NCBI GenBank assembly: GCA_000090985.2 | Contig: CP001330.1 | Location: 974,335 to 1,006,334 of the forward strand | Source: Micromonas sp. | Taxonomy: Eukaryota | Direction: 5' to 3' | DNA length: 32,000 nt | In this document: in pieces, positions 6,661 through 15,220 of the stretch | Layout of the letters: every line of letters starts with the position of its first letter | How positions within the stretch are numbered: the stretch's first letter is position 1 | The notes under the pieces: model-generated | What the model was told of the DNA's origin: nothing | The model's database searches: none | What the model saw: the letters and a program-made list of their open reading frames with translations, nothing else | Position numbers and translations under genes: made by a program

Positions 6661-9600
6661 ATGGAGTGTCTCCTCGGCCCGTGCGGCGCGACGCCGCTGG
6701 AGAGGCACTCCGCCGAGCTCACCGTTCACGGCGTCGAGGTGAGCGTCCCCTCGATACCCCGCGCCACCGACCCGCGCGCCACGCGGCACCCCCTCGAAAC
6801 GGCCCATTCTCAATGACCGCCCTCCCAGCCGACCGCTACGGACCCCCGGGCTCTGACGACACCCGTCTTCCCCCTCCTCCCCGCGATGCCACCTCCGCAG
6901 GGCCTGCGCCTGGACGACGACGACGAATCCGTGTTTGTCGTGGTGCGGTGGCAGGGATCGGGGGCGTCCTACTTCAGATCCGCGCAGGTCGACCGCACGC
7001 GACGCGCGAGGCCCGCGCGTTCGATTGGCGGACCCGACGGAGGGACGCACTCCGCGCGCGTTCCTCGCCACGACGACTCGAACGACGCGCGCGTCCGATG
7101 GGACTCGCGCGACGGCGTCAGCGCGTTCAGAAACGACGCGTGCTACCTCCATCCAGCGGCGACCGGCGGCGACCGCGGCGAGGTTCACGCGTTCGACTCC
7201 ATCGCTGACGACGACGACGACGTCGAGCCGAGGCGCGGGATGGCTAGCAGCCGCGCTAGGCACCTGCCGTGGGAGGTGAGACTGGCGGTGTGCGCGTCAA
7301 GGCCGGGGAGCATCTACGGTACCACCGAGCGGGTCATCGGCGAGGGCGCGCTGAACCTGGCGGACTTCGTCGGGACGAGCAAGGCGGCGCGGGGCGGCGC
7401 GGGGGGTCCCGCGAGAGTCCAACTGGAGATGCAACCGGCGTCCTCAACCGCCCGACCAGTCACCGCCCGACCAGTCACCGCCGCGGAAACGTCGTCGCGT
7501 CCTCGCCCCCCGCGCCTGTCGCTGTCCGTCGCCGTCACGCGATCGCCGGGTCTCGCGTCGAAGGCGGCGGCGAGCCTGGGCGGGAAAGGCAGCCGCGACA
7601 GGGCAGTCGCCGGGAAGCTCTTCTCCTACCTCTCCAACTCCGCGCAGTCGCCGAGGAGAGGAGATCGCGAAGATCAATCGGGGGGGAGACGCGTCGGCCG
7701 AGGACGTTCATCGCCGCGTTCGTCGCCGCGATCGAGCGAAGACGCGTCTGTCTCGGACGGGTTCACCAGCGACGGGACAGCGATGGACACGTGCGAGAGC
7801 GACGCCGAGAGAGGCGCGTCGCCGCCGTCGACGCCGCCGCGGGAATCGGAGTCGGTGTTTAAAAAGCCGCCGAACAACGGAAAGGATCCCCGTCGTCCTC
7901 GCGGGGAACGACGCGACGACGACGACGACGACGACGAGGAGGAGGAGGAGCACGCGAATGACGATGCAAACGACGCCGCGGACGGGAATCGATCCCGCGA
8001 CGTCGAGGCTACTCCCAACAAGCGACACTCGAGGTCGTGGTCCTGGAGCGTCAAGTGGACGTCGCCGGTGCGGAGGCGCGTTGGTGAGCTCGGGGACGAT
8101 TTGAACGGTGACGCGGTGGTGATCGACGACGAGCTGCTTCCGACGCCGGCAAAGGCGAGGAAGGACGCCGCGCCTGAACGCGTGATGACTTCGCCTCCGT
8201 CCTCGCCGAATGAGCCTCGCTCGGAGGAAAAAGAGGAAAAAGAGAAAAAGGCGGAGGAGGACAAGGCTGACGCAAACGGGGCGAGTCGAAAGACGCACCG
8301 GCGGACGTCGTCGTGGAGCTCTCGCGTGTTTGGCGGACCGTTCGTCTCGTTCGTGGGTTCGTCGAAGACCCCGGAGGAGGTGGAGTTCGAACGCGCGGCG
8401 CGAGAGGCGCGACGGGCAGCCAAAGCGGCGGACATCGCCGCTCGCAAATTCGCGCGCGACGACGCTAAGAGAGCCAAGCGCGAACTGATCCGCCGCGCGA
8501 CGGAGGAGGAGCGGATGTTCCGCGCGGTGCTGGAGGAGACGAAGCGCGCGGCGGCGGAGTCGCTGCCGCGGCGGCGCGGCGAGTCCGCGGCGCACGCGGC
8601 GTGCGTGTTGGTCACGCCGGGAGGGGGGGCGGCGAACTCGGGAGGATGCGAGCCGCTCGGGTTTAGGGGCGGAAAGAGCAGGAACCTCGCGTCGGAGCTC
8701 GACGACGTCGCGGACGAGGCGACCGGGAACGCGATCGGGAACGACGCGGAGGTTGGGCGAGGATCGATTCCCGACGGGGACGGGGACGTGGCGACGCGGA
8801 GCGCGGCGAGGGCGGATCACGGCGAGTGGCTTCGCGTGGAACTCCGCTCTCAGCCGACGCAGCCGCCGACGGCTGGCGACGAACCGGCGAAGATCCCCGC
8901 CGACGCGTTCTTCGCGTCGCTCGACCAGATGAGCGCGAACGGCCAGGGCGCGTGCACGCTCGCGTGCGTCGCGCTGGCGGAGTGGTTGGAAGATCACCCG
9001 GGCTCGCTCCCGACGGCGAGGTTGGTCCTCGAGGGAGCGTCTGACGCGTCAAACGCGGTCGCCGACGTCGCGGGTTCGAACCCGTCGTCGTCCGAATCTT
9101 CGCCCGACGCCTCCCCCGACCGCGCCGCGCGCCAACCCAAGCTCGTGTTCGACGCGGTCATCGCGGGAGCCGCGGCGGAGTGGCGGGCGCTGTGCGACGA
9201 CCCCGCTCTGCTCAAACGGTTCCCGGATAAACATTTCGACCTCGACACCGCGCTCGAGCGTCACGTGCCGTTTCCCGTCCCAGACGCCACGGGGCGGATA
9301 CGAATCGACGCCTCGTGCACGGGCGACGCCTCGGCGGGTAACGCCTCCGCCTCGGTGGGTAACGCCTCGGTGGATCGGTCGTCCAGCCCGCGTGATCGTC
9401 CGGGCGGCAGGCTTCGCGTGGACCACCGCGAGTCCTTTGTCGGCTTTCTCACTCCGCCCGGAACGGCGCCCGGGGATTCGCCGACGATGGACGCGCTTTG
9501 CGCCGCGGCGCCGCCGCTTCGAACGATCGTGGACGAACTCGCGCGGACGGCGCCGGCGACGTACGTGGTGTCGTGGCTGGACCACTTCTTCGTCCTTCGG

Positions 9601-9972
9601 TTCGCGCGGGAATGCATTCGTACCGACGGCGATTTGGGAAACGGCGATTTGATTCATCCGTCGGCGATCCCCGGGGAGGAGGACGAGGAGGTTGTCGTCT
9701 ACGTCATGGACTCGCTCGGGGAGAGGCTGTGCGAGGGGTGCAAGCGCGGGTACGTGCTCCGCTTCGACGGGTCGTCGTCGCCCGCGTGCGGCGGCGGCGC
9801 GGCGGCGGCGGCGGCGCGGTTCATCGGCGAAGTGTTACCGTCGCGGCTTCTGCGGCAGATCGGCGCGGACGTGGCCGCGTACGCGTCCGGGGCGAAGGGC
9901 GCGAGCGAGCCGTCGTTGGAGCAGCTCATGCGCAGGCTCCAGATCGAGTTTCACAGGGTGCGGAGGGGATAG
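6661..9972 (+). CDS. NT-C2 (EEIG1/EHBP1 N-terminal C2) domain protein with a conserved plant-type C-terminal Cys/His domain
   Basis: Model is join(6661..6738,6901..9972). A hidden 26-codon exon 1 (MECLLGPCGATPLERHSAELTVHGVE, GC3 about 92%) is spliced to GLRLDDDDESVFVVVRWQG.., which gives the NT-C2 beta-strand pattern. NT-C2 continues through PWEVRLAV....RVIGEGALNLADFVG. The C-terminus (GQGACTLACVALAEWL, FPDKHFDLDTAL, SFVGFL, YVVSWLDHFFVLRF, VYVMDSLGERLCEGCKRGYVLRFD) matches the C-terminal module of the plant NT-C2 family as I remember it. The long middle is low-complexity (Ser/Arg/Asp/Glu). Confidence 0.75.
6739..6900 (+). other. Intron 1 of the NT-C2 gene (162 nt)
   Basis: Donor is GAG|GTGAGC at 6739. 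Branch-like GCTCTGACG lies about 45 nt upstream of the acceptor. The pyrimidine tract is CCCGTCTTCCCCCTCCTCCCC and the acceptor is CCTCCGCAG| (AG at 6899-6900). It is phase 0. The unspliced frame stops after about 52 codons. Confidence 0.65.
7448..7483 (+). repeat. 15-bp in-frame tandem repeat (CCCGACCAGTCACCG x2.4)
   Basis: It encodes ARPVTARPVTA. The reverse complement CGGTGACTGGTCGGG matches 12 of 15 positions of the MSH5 repeat unit CGGTGACTCACCGGG. Confidence 0.8.
7915..7950 (+). repeat. (GAC)7(GAG)5 trinucleotide microsatellite in coding sequence
   Basis: Read directly from the sequence. It encodes D7E5. Confidence 0.9.
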
Positions 9973-10468
9973 TCGGGCGGTGGTTTAATGTCAAGTCGAC
10001 GGCGGTGGCCAACTGAAATCGTCTCGACGACAGCTCCTAACACTTAACAGGAAACTCCTAAAACCCTCAACAGCGCGCGCGGTTGAGAAATGGCGACTTT
10101 TGCGGGTCGGAAAGGACGCCGTCGCGGGAAAATCCGCGGTTGAGATCGTGTGCGTGCCAACTCAGCAGGGTACTGGCAACAAATTAACTCGACTTTCGGG
10201 GTTCACCGCGCTAAATTCGCGTCCCTTCAATCCAAACCAGGTGCGATTCCTTTCGGTGTCCTTCGTGTCATTCCGAAACGCACACGCGCGAGGCCGCGGA
10301 CGGAACCGACGCACGCGCGAGCGCCCCGACGAGCGCCCGGACGCGGGGCCTAGAGGAGCGAGCCGGATAGCGAGCGAGCGCGATCGACGACGCCGAGGAA
10401 CGCGGGCGCTTTTCGGGTGACGCGCCCAACGCACGCGGCTCGGGGGAATAAACACACGCGAAAGAAAG

Positions 10469-11707
10469 ATGGTGCACGACTCTGCCATTCACGACGCGGG
10501 CGCGGCGAGGCGCGCGAACGTTCTCGTGGTCAACGACGACGGCATCGCCGCCGCCGGACTCGCGAAGGTCGTCGAGGCGCTCGACAGGACCGGCAGGCTC
10601 GACGTCTACGTCGTCGCTCCCGACAAGGAGATGAGCGCGTGAGTCTCCCCGCGGCCCCGTCGCCTCCCGCACCGCGCGAAGATATTTGTTCCCTTATACC
10701 TTCCGAGACTTTCCACGCGGGGTGCCTAGCTAGCCCCGCGCGCTCGAAGCCGCGCCGTCCTGACCGTCCCGCCCCCCTCGATCGACAGGACGTCGCACTC
10801 CATCTCGATACACAACGCCGTCTCCGCCACGCCGCGCGTCGTTCCCGGCGCGACGCGCGCCTTCTCCTCCAGCGGCACCCCCGCGGACTGCACCATGCTC
10901 GGCCTCTCCGTGCTCTACCGGAGCAAGCGCTTCGACTACATCGTGTCCGGGATCAACCGCGGCGATAACCTCGGCCTGCACGTCGTGTACTCCGGCACCG
11001 TCGCGGGCGCCCGCGAGGGCGCCATGCGCACCGGCGCCGTGGGCGTCGCCGTCTCCCTCGACTCGTACTCCAGAACAGCCGACTACTCGGAAGCCGCGAG
11101 GCTCACCGCCGAACTCGTCACCTCCATCCACGACGCGCCGGGCTTGACGGAGACGTTGCGCGGCTGCGTCCTCAACGTCAACGTCCCCAACCTGCCGCGC
11201 ACGCACATCAAGGGCGTCAAGCTGACAACCCCGGGGCTGAGCTGCACGCAGGCGGAGTGGGTCAGAGTCCCGGGCACTCGCGGCGACAGCTGTGACGATT
11301 TAAACGAAGATGAGACTCGAGGACCCGATTCCGACTCGGACGGCGACTGGCGACACGACGGCGCCTTCGCCGACGGCGTCGACGAACTCCCGATCGCGGA
11401 CGCCGGCGAGGGGCTCGTCGGGACCCCCGGGACCCCCGGTGGAACCGACGACGGCGCGTGGGAGAGCGGAACGCGATGGTTTCGGAACAAGCCCGGTCCC
11501 GCCCGGGAAGACGACCGCGAGGGCTACGATAAACGCGCGATGAAAGACGGGTTCGTCAGCGTGTCGGTGCTCGCGAGCGGATACGCGACGGTGGCGTTCG
11601 ATCGGACGAAAATACCGAAAGAAAACGCGGGTCTGGGGTTGGGAGAGACGCTGGTACGGGCGCTCGTGCCGGACGGCGCGCGTCCGGGGATTCGCAGCGC
11701 GGCGTGA
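10469..11707 (+). CDS. surE: SurE-family 5'/3'-nucleotidase
   Basis: Model is join(10469..10638,10789..11707). Exon 1 is MVHDSAIHDAGAARRANVLVVNDDGIAAAGLAKVVEALDRTGRLDVYVVAPDKEMS. The codon split across the intron is Ala. Exon 2 then reads TSHSISIHNAV...SGTPADCTMLGLSV...YIVSGINRGDNLGLHVVYSGTVAGAREGA. These are the SurE signatures (NDDG, VAP...S(G/A).(S)HSIT, SGIN.G.N.G..V.YSGTV.AA.EG). The C-terminal DKRAMKDGFVSVSVL is also typical. An acidic insert sits in the C-terminal half. Confidence 0.85.
10639..10788 (+). other. Intron of surE (150 nt)
   Basis: Donor is GC|GTGAGT at 10639 (phase 2). Branch-like CCTGACC lies about 27 nt upstream of the acceptor GATCGACAG| (AG at 10787-10788). The intron contains the palindrome CTAGCTAG (10726..10733). 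Confidence 0.85.
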
Positions 11708-11804
11708 GCGGCGAGCGAGCGCCGTTCACGCACGCGTGATGACGACGGGGAGGGGTTCGTTTGTTTGGGTTCCCCCGCCGCCGCCAGTTGTACGTAACAT
11801 TATT

Positions 11805-11809
11805 TGTAA
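11805..11809 (+). promoter_or_regulatory. Possible green-algal UGUAA polyadenylation signal for surE
   Basis: TGTAA lies 98 nt after the surE stop in a locally AT-rich patch. UGUAA is the known chlorophyte poly(A) signal. Its use in this organism is assumed, not shown. Confidence 0.3.
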
Positions 11810-12009
11810 TCAAATCGGATCGAATCGCGTCGCGACGTCCGCGAATGCAGCCGCCGAGCGAGGTACCCCGCCCGCGCTCCGTCGCGTGTAGCCCCGTTCG
11901 TGATCGTCGCCGCCTTCGGCTGGAAGAAACGTCGCGGACGAGCCGGCTACGCGATGAACGATTTCCTCTCTCTTCTAATTTGTGCGACTAAAAGCGTAAC
12001 CTACGAACG

Positions 12010-13713
12010 TCACCCGCGAAGTCTGGGCGGCGCGGCGAAGACGAGCGACGCGTTGGTCCCCCCGAACCCGAAGCTGTTGCTCATCGCCGCGCGCGGACGC
12101 GCTCCCCGCGCCGCGACGCGCGCCACGAAATCCGCCCCGTCCGGCACGCACTCCCCGCACGGGTCGTCCAGGTTGAGCGTCGGCGGACAATCTCCGGAAG
12201 CAATGGAAAGCACCGCGAACGCCGCCTCGACCGCGCCCGCGGCGCCCAGCAGGTGCCCCGTCGCGCCCTTCGTCGACGACACCCGCGTCGTCCCCGTCGC
12301 GAGCGCCTTCCCAAAGACGCGACTAAGCGCTTTGGCCTCGGCGGCGTCGCCCGTAGTCGTGCCGGTGGCGTGCGCGTTGACGTATCCCACGCACCCGGGT
12401 TCGATACCTCCGTCGGCCAAAGCGTTTAACATCGCGAGCGCCGCGCCGTCCCCGTCCCTCGGCGGCTGCGTGATGTGGTGCGCGTCCGCGGCGCAGCCGT
12501 ACCCGCGAACCTCCGCGTACGGCGCGACGCCCCGCGCGATCGCGCTCTCGAGACTCTCGAGCACCAATACGCCGGAGCCCTCGCCCATGACGAACCCGCC
12601 CCTGCGAGCGTCGAACGGCCGGCAGACGGCGGCGGGATCGACCGCGAGGTTCGGTGGGAACTTGGCCGGGTCCGCGAGCGCCCTGGCGCGGGCGAAACCG
12701 GCGAAGGACACGGCGTCGATGGCTGACTCGGCGCCGCCGGCGAGCACGAGGTCGACGTCGCCTCGAGCGACGGCTCTATAGGCGTCGCCGATCGCGTGCG
12801 CCCCCGAGGCGCACGCGGTGGCGACGGCGTGGTTCATTCCCGTGAACCCGTGCGCCATGCTGACGTGTCCCGCCGCCATGTTGCACAGGATCCTCGGCAC
12901 GAAGAACGGCGACACGCGTCGCAGCTTACCCCGCTCGAGCAGAGCGCCCGCGTTGGTGAGGTCCGGGACGTGGCCCATCCCGGCGCCGATGAACACGCCG
13001 CACCGGTCGGGACGCGTCGCGCCGGTCGCGGACGGGTCCCATCGCGCGTCCTGAAGGGCCTCGTGCGCCGCCGCGAGCGCGAGACCGGTGAACGGCGCGA
13101 TCCTGGGTCCTCCCCCGACGGCGGGGCGCGCGGCGTCGGTTCGAGAGGGCGACGAATGCGACGCCGACGCGACGCCGAACACGTCGCCCCCGCACCACCT
13201 CGTCGCGTCGAACGCGCCGGCGTCGGCGTCGGCGTTCGGTTCGTCGCGGCGTCCTCCGACGCGGGGCACGCGCGCGCCGATGCGGATCGGCATCTGCTCG
13301 TACCCGCGCTCGCCCTCGGGGATGTCGTCCGGGGTGAGTTCGCGGATGCCCGACCGTCCCGCGAGCAGCCGCTCCCACACCAGCGACGTCCCCACGCCGA
13401 GCGGCGTCGCCAGACCGATGCCGGTGACGACGACGCGCCTGGGCGCGCGCACGGGCGGGGGATGGTCGAACCCGAGGGCCGTCCCGCGGTCGTCGTCGTC
13501 GCCCCATCCTCGACGGGGCGGCGACGAGGATGAGGATGAGGATGAGGATGAGGACGACGCGGTCGACGAGGCGAACCTTCGAGACGCGTGTCCGGCGTCG
13601 GTGCACCCGCGGCACCGCGAGGGCGCGAGGATGAACGACGAGTGATCCGCCACGGCGCGCGCCGCGTCGCCGACGACGCGAGACGCGCTCGTCGCGCGCG
13701 CCCCGAGCGCCAT
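12010..13713 (-). CDS. KAS: 3-oxoacyl-[acyl-carrier-protein] synthase, mitochondrial type (KAS I/II family)
   Basis: ORF 12010..13788 (-). I place the start at the ATG at 13713 (MALGARATSAS..) because the upstream part of the ORF overlaps tRNA-Cys. Motifs: RRVVVTGIGLATPLGVG, active-site Cys in AVATACASGAHAIGDA, His in YVNAHATGTTTGD, STKGATGHLLGAAG, and C-terminal MSNSFGFGGTNASLVF. The N-terminal half aligns with plant mtKAS (VVVTGLGMVTPLG...W..L..G.CGIR). It also has a poly-Ser presequence and an insert of about 25 aa. Confidence 0.9.
   Translation of the reverse strand: MALGARATSASRVVGDAARAVADHSSFILAPSRCRGCTDAGHASRRFASSTASSSSSSSSSSSSPPRRGWGDDDDRGTALGFDHPPPVRAPRRVVVTGIGLATPLGVGTSLVWERLLAGRSGIRELTPDDIPEGERGYEQMPIRIGARVPRVGGRRDEPNADADAGAFDATRWCGGDVFGVASASHSSPSRTDAARPAVGGGPRIAPFTGLALAAAHEALQDARWDPSATGATRPDRCGVFIGAGMGHVPDLTNAGALLERGKLRRVSPFFVPRILCNMAAGHVSMAHGFTGMNHAVATACASGAHAIGDAYRAVARGDVDLVLAGGAESAIDAVSFAGFARARALADPAKFPPNLAVDPAAVCRPFDARRGGFVMGEGSGVLVLESLESAIARGVAPYAEVRGYGCAADAHHITQPPRDGDGAALAMLNALADGGIEPGCVGYVNAHATGTTTGDAAEAKALSRVFGKALATGTTRVSSTKGATGHLLGAAGAVEAAFAVLSIASGDCPPTLNLDDPCGECVPDGADFVARVAARGARPRAAMSNSFGFGGTNASLVFAAPPRLRG
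13526..13555 (-). repeat. (GAGGAT)5 hexanucleotide repeat (poly-Ser in the KAS presequence)
   Basis: Plus strand reads GAGGAT x4 followed by GAGGAC. The minus-strand frame gives TCC TCA repeats, which is S10 or more. Confidence 0.9.
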
Positions 13714-13740
13714 GGCGTCGCGCTGTGACGCTCGGCTACT

Positions 13741-13752
13741 AAAAACGCAAAA
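13741..13752 (-). terminator. Pol III oligo-T terminators of tRNA-Cys
   Basis: On the tRNA strand the 3' flank reads ACGACACTTTACTTTTGCGTTTTT. T4 is at 13749..13752 and T5 at 13741..13745. Confidence 0.6.
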
Positions 13753-13764
13753 GTAAAGTGTCGT

Positions 13765-13884
13765 AGGGCACACGCGGAGTTGAACCACGGACCTGAAGAT
13801 CCCTGCTTTGGCTGTTTCACCAGCCTTTGTTCAATCGAAACGTATGTACTGCAGTCTTCCGCTCTACCACTGAGCTATGTACCC
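13765..13884 (-). tRNA. trnC-GCA: tRNA-Cys (anticodon GCA) with a 48-nt intron
   Basis: Minus strand reads GGGTACA TA GCTC AGTGGTA GAGC G GAAGA CTGCAG [48-nt intron] A TCTTC AGGTC CGTGG TTCAACT CCGCG TGTGCCC T. All four stems pair (acceptor 7 bp with one G-U, anticodon stem 5 bp perfect). It has U33, anticodon GCA, and discriminator U73, the Cys identity element. The mature length is 72 nt. Confidence 0.9.
13801..13848 (-). other. tRNA-Cys intron at the canonical 37/38 position
   Basis: The intron is UACAUACGUUUCGAUUGAACAAAGGCUGGUGAAACAGCCAAAGCAGGG. It interrupts the anticodon loop one nucleotide 3' of the anticodon. It contains a perfect internal hairpin GGCUG-GUGAAA-CAGCC. Confidence 0.85.
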
Positions 13885-14089
13885 ACAGATTTCATGTCAG
13901 ACTATGGCGAATTTAGAAATAGATACCCGCGACGTTATCCGCGAAAATCGATCAAGACTGACCCACGCCTCGCTTTGAACCGCCCTTTCAGCCATCGGCG
14001 CGGGGCGCTTCGTTCATCGATCACGTCGTCCTCCTTCATCGTCGGTCGAATGGCTCATCGTGAACACTCGATTCTTCCTAAAAGTTTTT

Positions 14090-15220
14090 CTAAAGCGGTT
14101 CGTTGTAGCCTTCGTCCTCGTCAATCTCAACCTCCGCGTACGCCACGAACGTCACGGGCACCACGTAACTCCCCGGACCCTGCGTCCCACCCCCGCGCGT
14201 CCCCCCGTGCCCCGCCGTCCCACCCGTCCCTCGCGTCCCACCCCCAACGCCGCCGTACCGCTGCGAGTCGCCGTATCCCCCCGAGTGATGATGATGATGA
14301 TGCCCGCCGGCGTTCGCGTGCGCTGCCCTGTTCATGTGCACCAGGTGCACGATCTTGACGACGCCGCCCTCGCCGATCGCCACGCGCGTCATCGTCGGCG
14401 ACCCGCCCTCCTCGCGCGCGTGCGCGGGACCGACGAGCGCGGGGGGAAGCGACGACGCCGCGGCTTTCATGAACCTGTACCGGTACGTCCACGCCCCGGA
14501 TTCGGCGCACGAAAACTCCGTCAGCGCCGACGAACCCGGCGTCGCGTCGACGTCGATGCGCAGCTCGCCGGTGTCTTTACCTTTCGACGAGAACGAGAGC
14601 GACGGGGACGGGTGCGAACTCATCGCGATGGTCATCGGTGCGCACGGCCACTCCAGGTCGTCAACGATCTCTCGCAGCGCCGTGGTCGGCATGGCAAACG
14701 CGTTGCGCTCGCCGCGGAAGACGAGCTCGGCGTCGGCGGCGGACGTCGTGGACCATCCGTCCACCTCGGGCGCGATGGACGCGTGCGTGCACATGCGCGC
14801 GGGCCGGCCGGCGTGCGGATCCGCGGCGTCCCTCACGGTCAACGCCGCGAGCACCAGCGAGTTGTCGCGATCGGGCCATCGCATGGAGAGTTCGCACTCG
14901 CCGTCCAGGGGCGCGAACGCGTTGAGGACGTCGATGAGGGAGCCGAGATCCAGGCCGAAGGTTCCGACCGCGGAGCCCACGCCCGAGACGTGCCCCTGCG
15001 TCCCCGCCGCGGACGCGTTGACGCGGTAGGACGCGAACGTCTCCGCGCGGAAGTTCACCTGCGCCTGCAACGATTTGCTCGGATCCTGCGCCACCACCGT
15101 CACCCCCCTCTCGGCGACGGAGACGTGCACGAGCTGCCGCTTGGAGAGCTTGAGGGCGCCGAGGACGGACACGAAGCTGCGGATCTGGTCCACGCGCGCG
15201 TCCAGCACCCAGTCGTCCAT
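14090..15220 (-). CDS. RAD1: RAD1 checkpoint clamp (9-1-1 complex) subunit
   Basis: ATG at 15220, TAG at 14090. It is colinear with human RAD1. LDARVDQIRSFVSVLGALKL..VHVSVAERGVTVVAQD..SLQAQVNFRAETFASYRV..FGLDLGSLIDVLNAF aligns with LDNVRNLSTILKAIHF..ATKNGIKVTVE..VQANAFIQAGIFQEFKV..FRINLTVLLDCLSIF. TALREIVDDLEW...MTIAMS..PSLSFSSKG..GELRIDV....LTEFSCAE..TYRYRF aligns with EGLREAFSELDM..LQITMSPDKPYFRLSTFG..MEAFHC..VNRYKI. A His6/Gly-rich insert sits in the last beta-hairpin. Confidence 0.85.
   Translation of the reverse strand: MDDWVLDARVDQIRSFVSVLGALKLSKRQLVHVSVAERGVTVVAQDPSKSLQAQVNFRAETFASYRVNASAAGTQGHVSGVGSAVGTFGLDLGSLIDVLNAFAPLDGECELSMRWPDRDNSLVLAALTVRDAADPHAGRPARMCTHASIAPEVDGWSTTSAADAELVFRGERNAFAMPTTALREIVDDLEWPCAPMTIAMSSHPSPSLSFSSKGKDTGELRIDVDATPGSSALTEFSCAESGAWTYRYRFMKAAASSLPPALVGPAHAREEGGSPTMTRVAIGEGGVVKIVHLVHMNRAAHANAGGHHHHHHSGGYGDSQRYGGVGGGTRGTGGTAGHGGTRGGGTQGPGSYVVPVTFVAYAEVEIDEDEGYNEPL

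Noticed and set aside
7674-8997. Long antisense ORFs inside the NT-C2 gene (7674..8615 -, 313 aa; 7708..8997 -, 429 aa). Similar ones lie inside KAS (12796..13533 +, 12834..13820 -), MSH5 (15299..16393 -), AMPD (23854..24978 -, 25021..25734 -) and the repeat gene (19623..20396 -)
   Set aside because: Their translations are Arg/Ala/Pro/Ser homopolymer-like, with no motifs. They overlap genes whose sense frames carry clear family signatures and third-position GC bias. This is the expected artefact of roughly 66% GC DNA.
10124-10132. Canonical E2F site (GCGGGAAAA = TTTTCCCGC on the other strand) plus a duplicated CGCGGTTGAGA motif (about 10078 and 10134) upstream of surE
   Set aside because: There is a single consensus hit about 340 bp from the surE ATG and 150 bp after the NT-C2 stop. 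There is no second site, and no link to a cell-cycle gene (the RAD1/MSH5 promoter lacks it). It cannot be distinguished from chance without genome-wide statistics.
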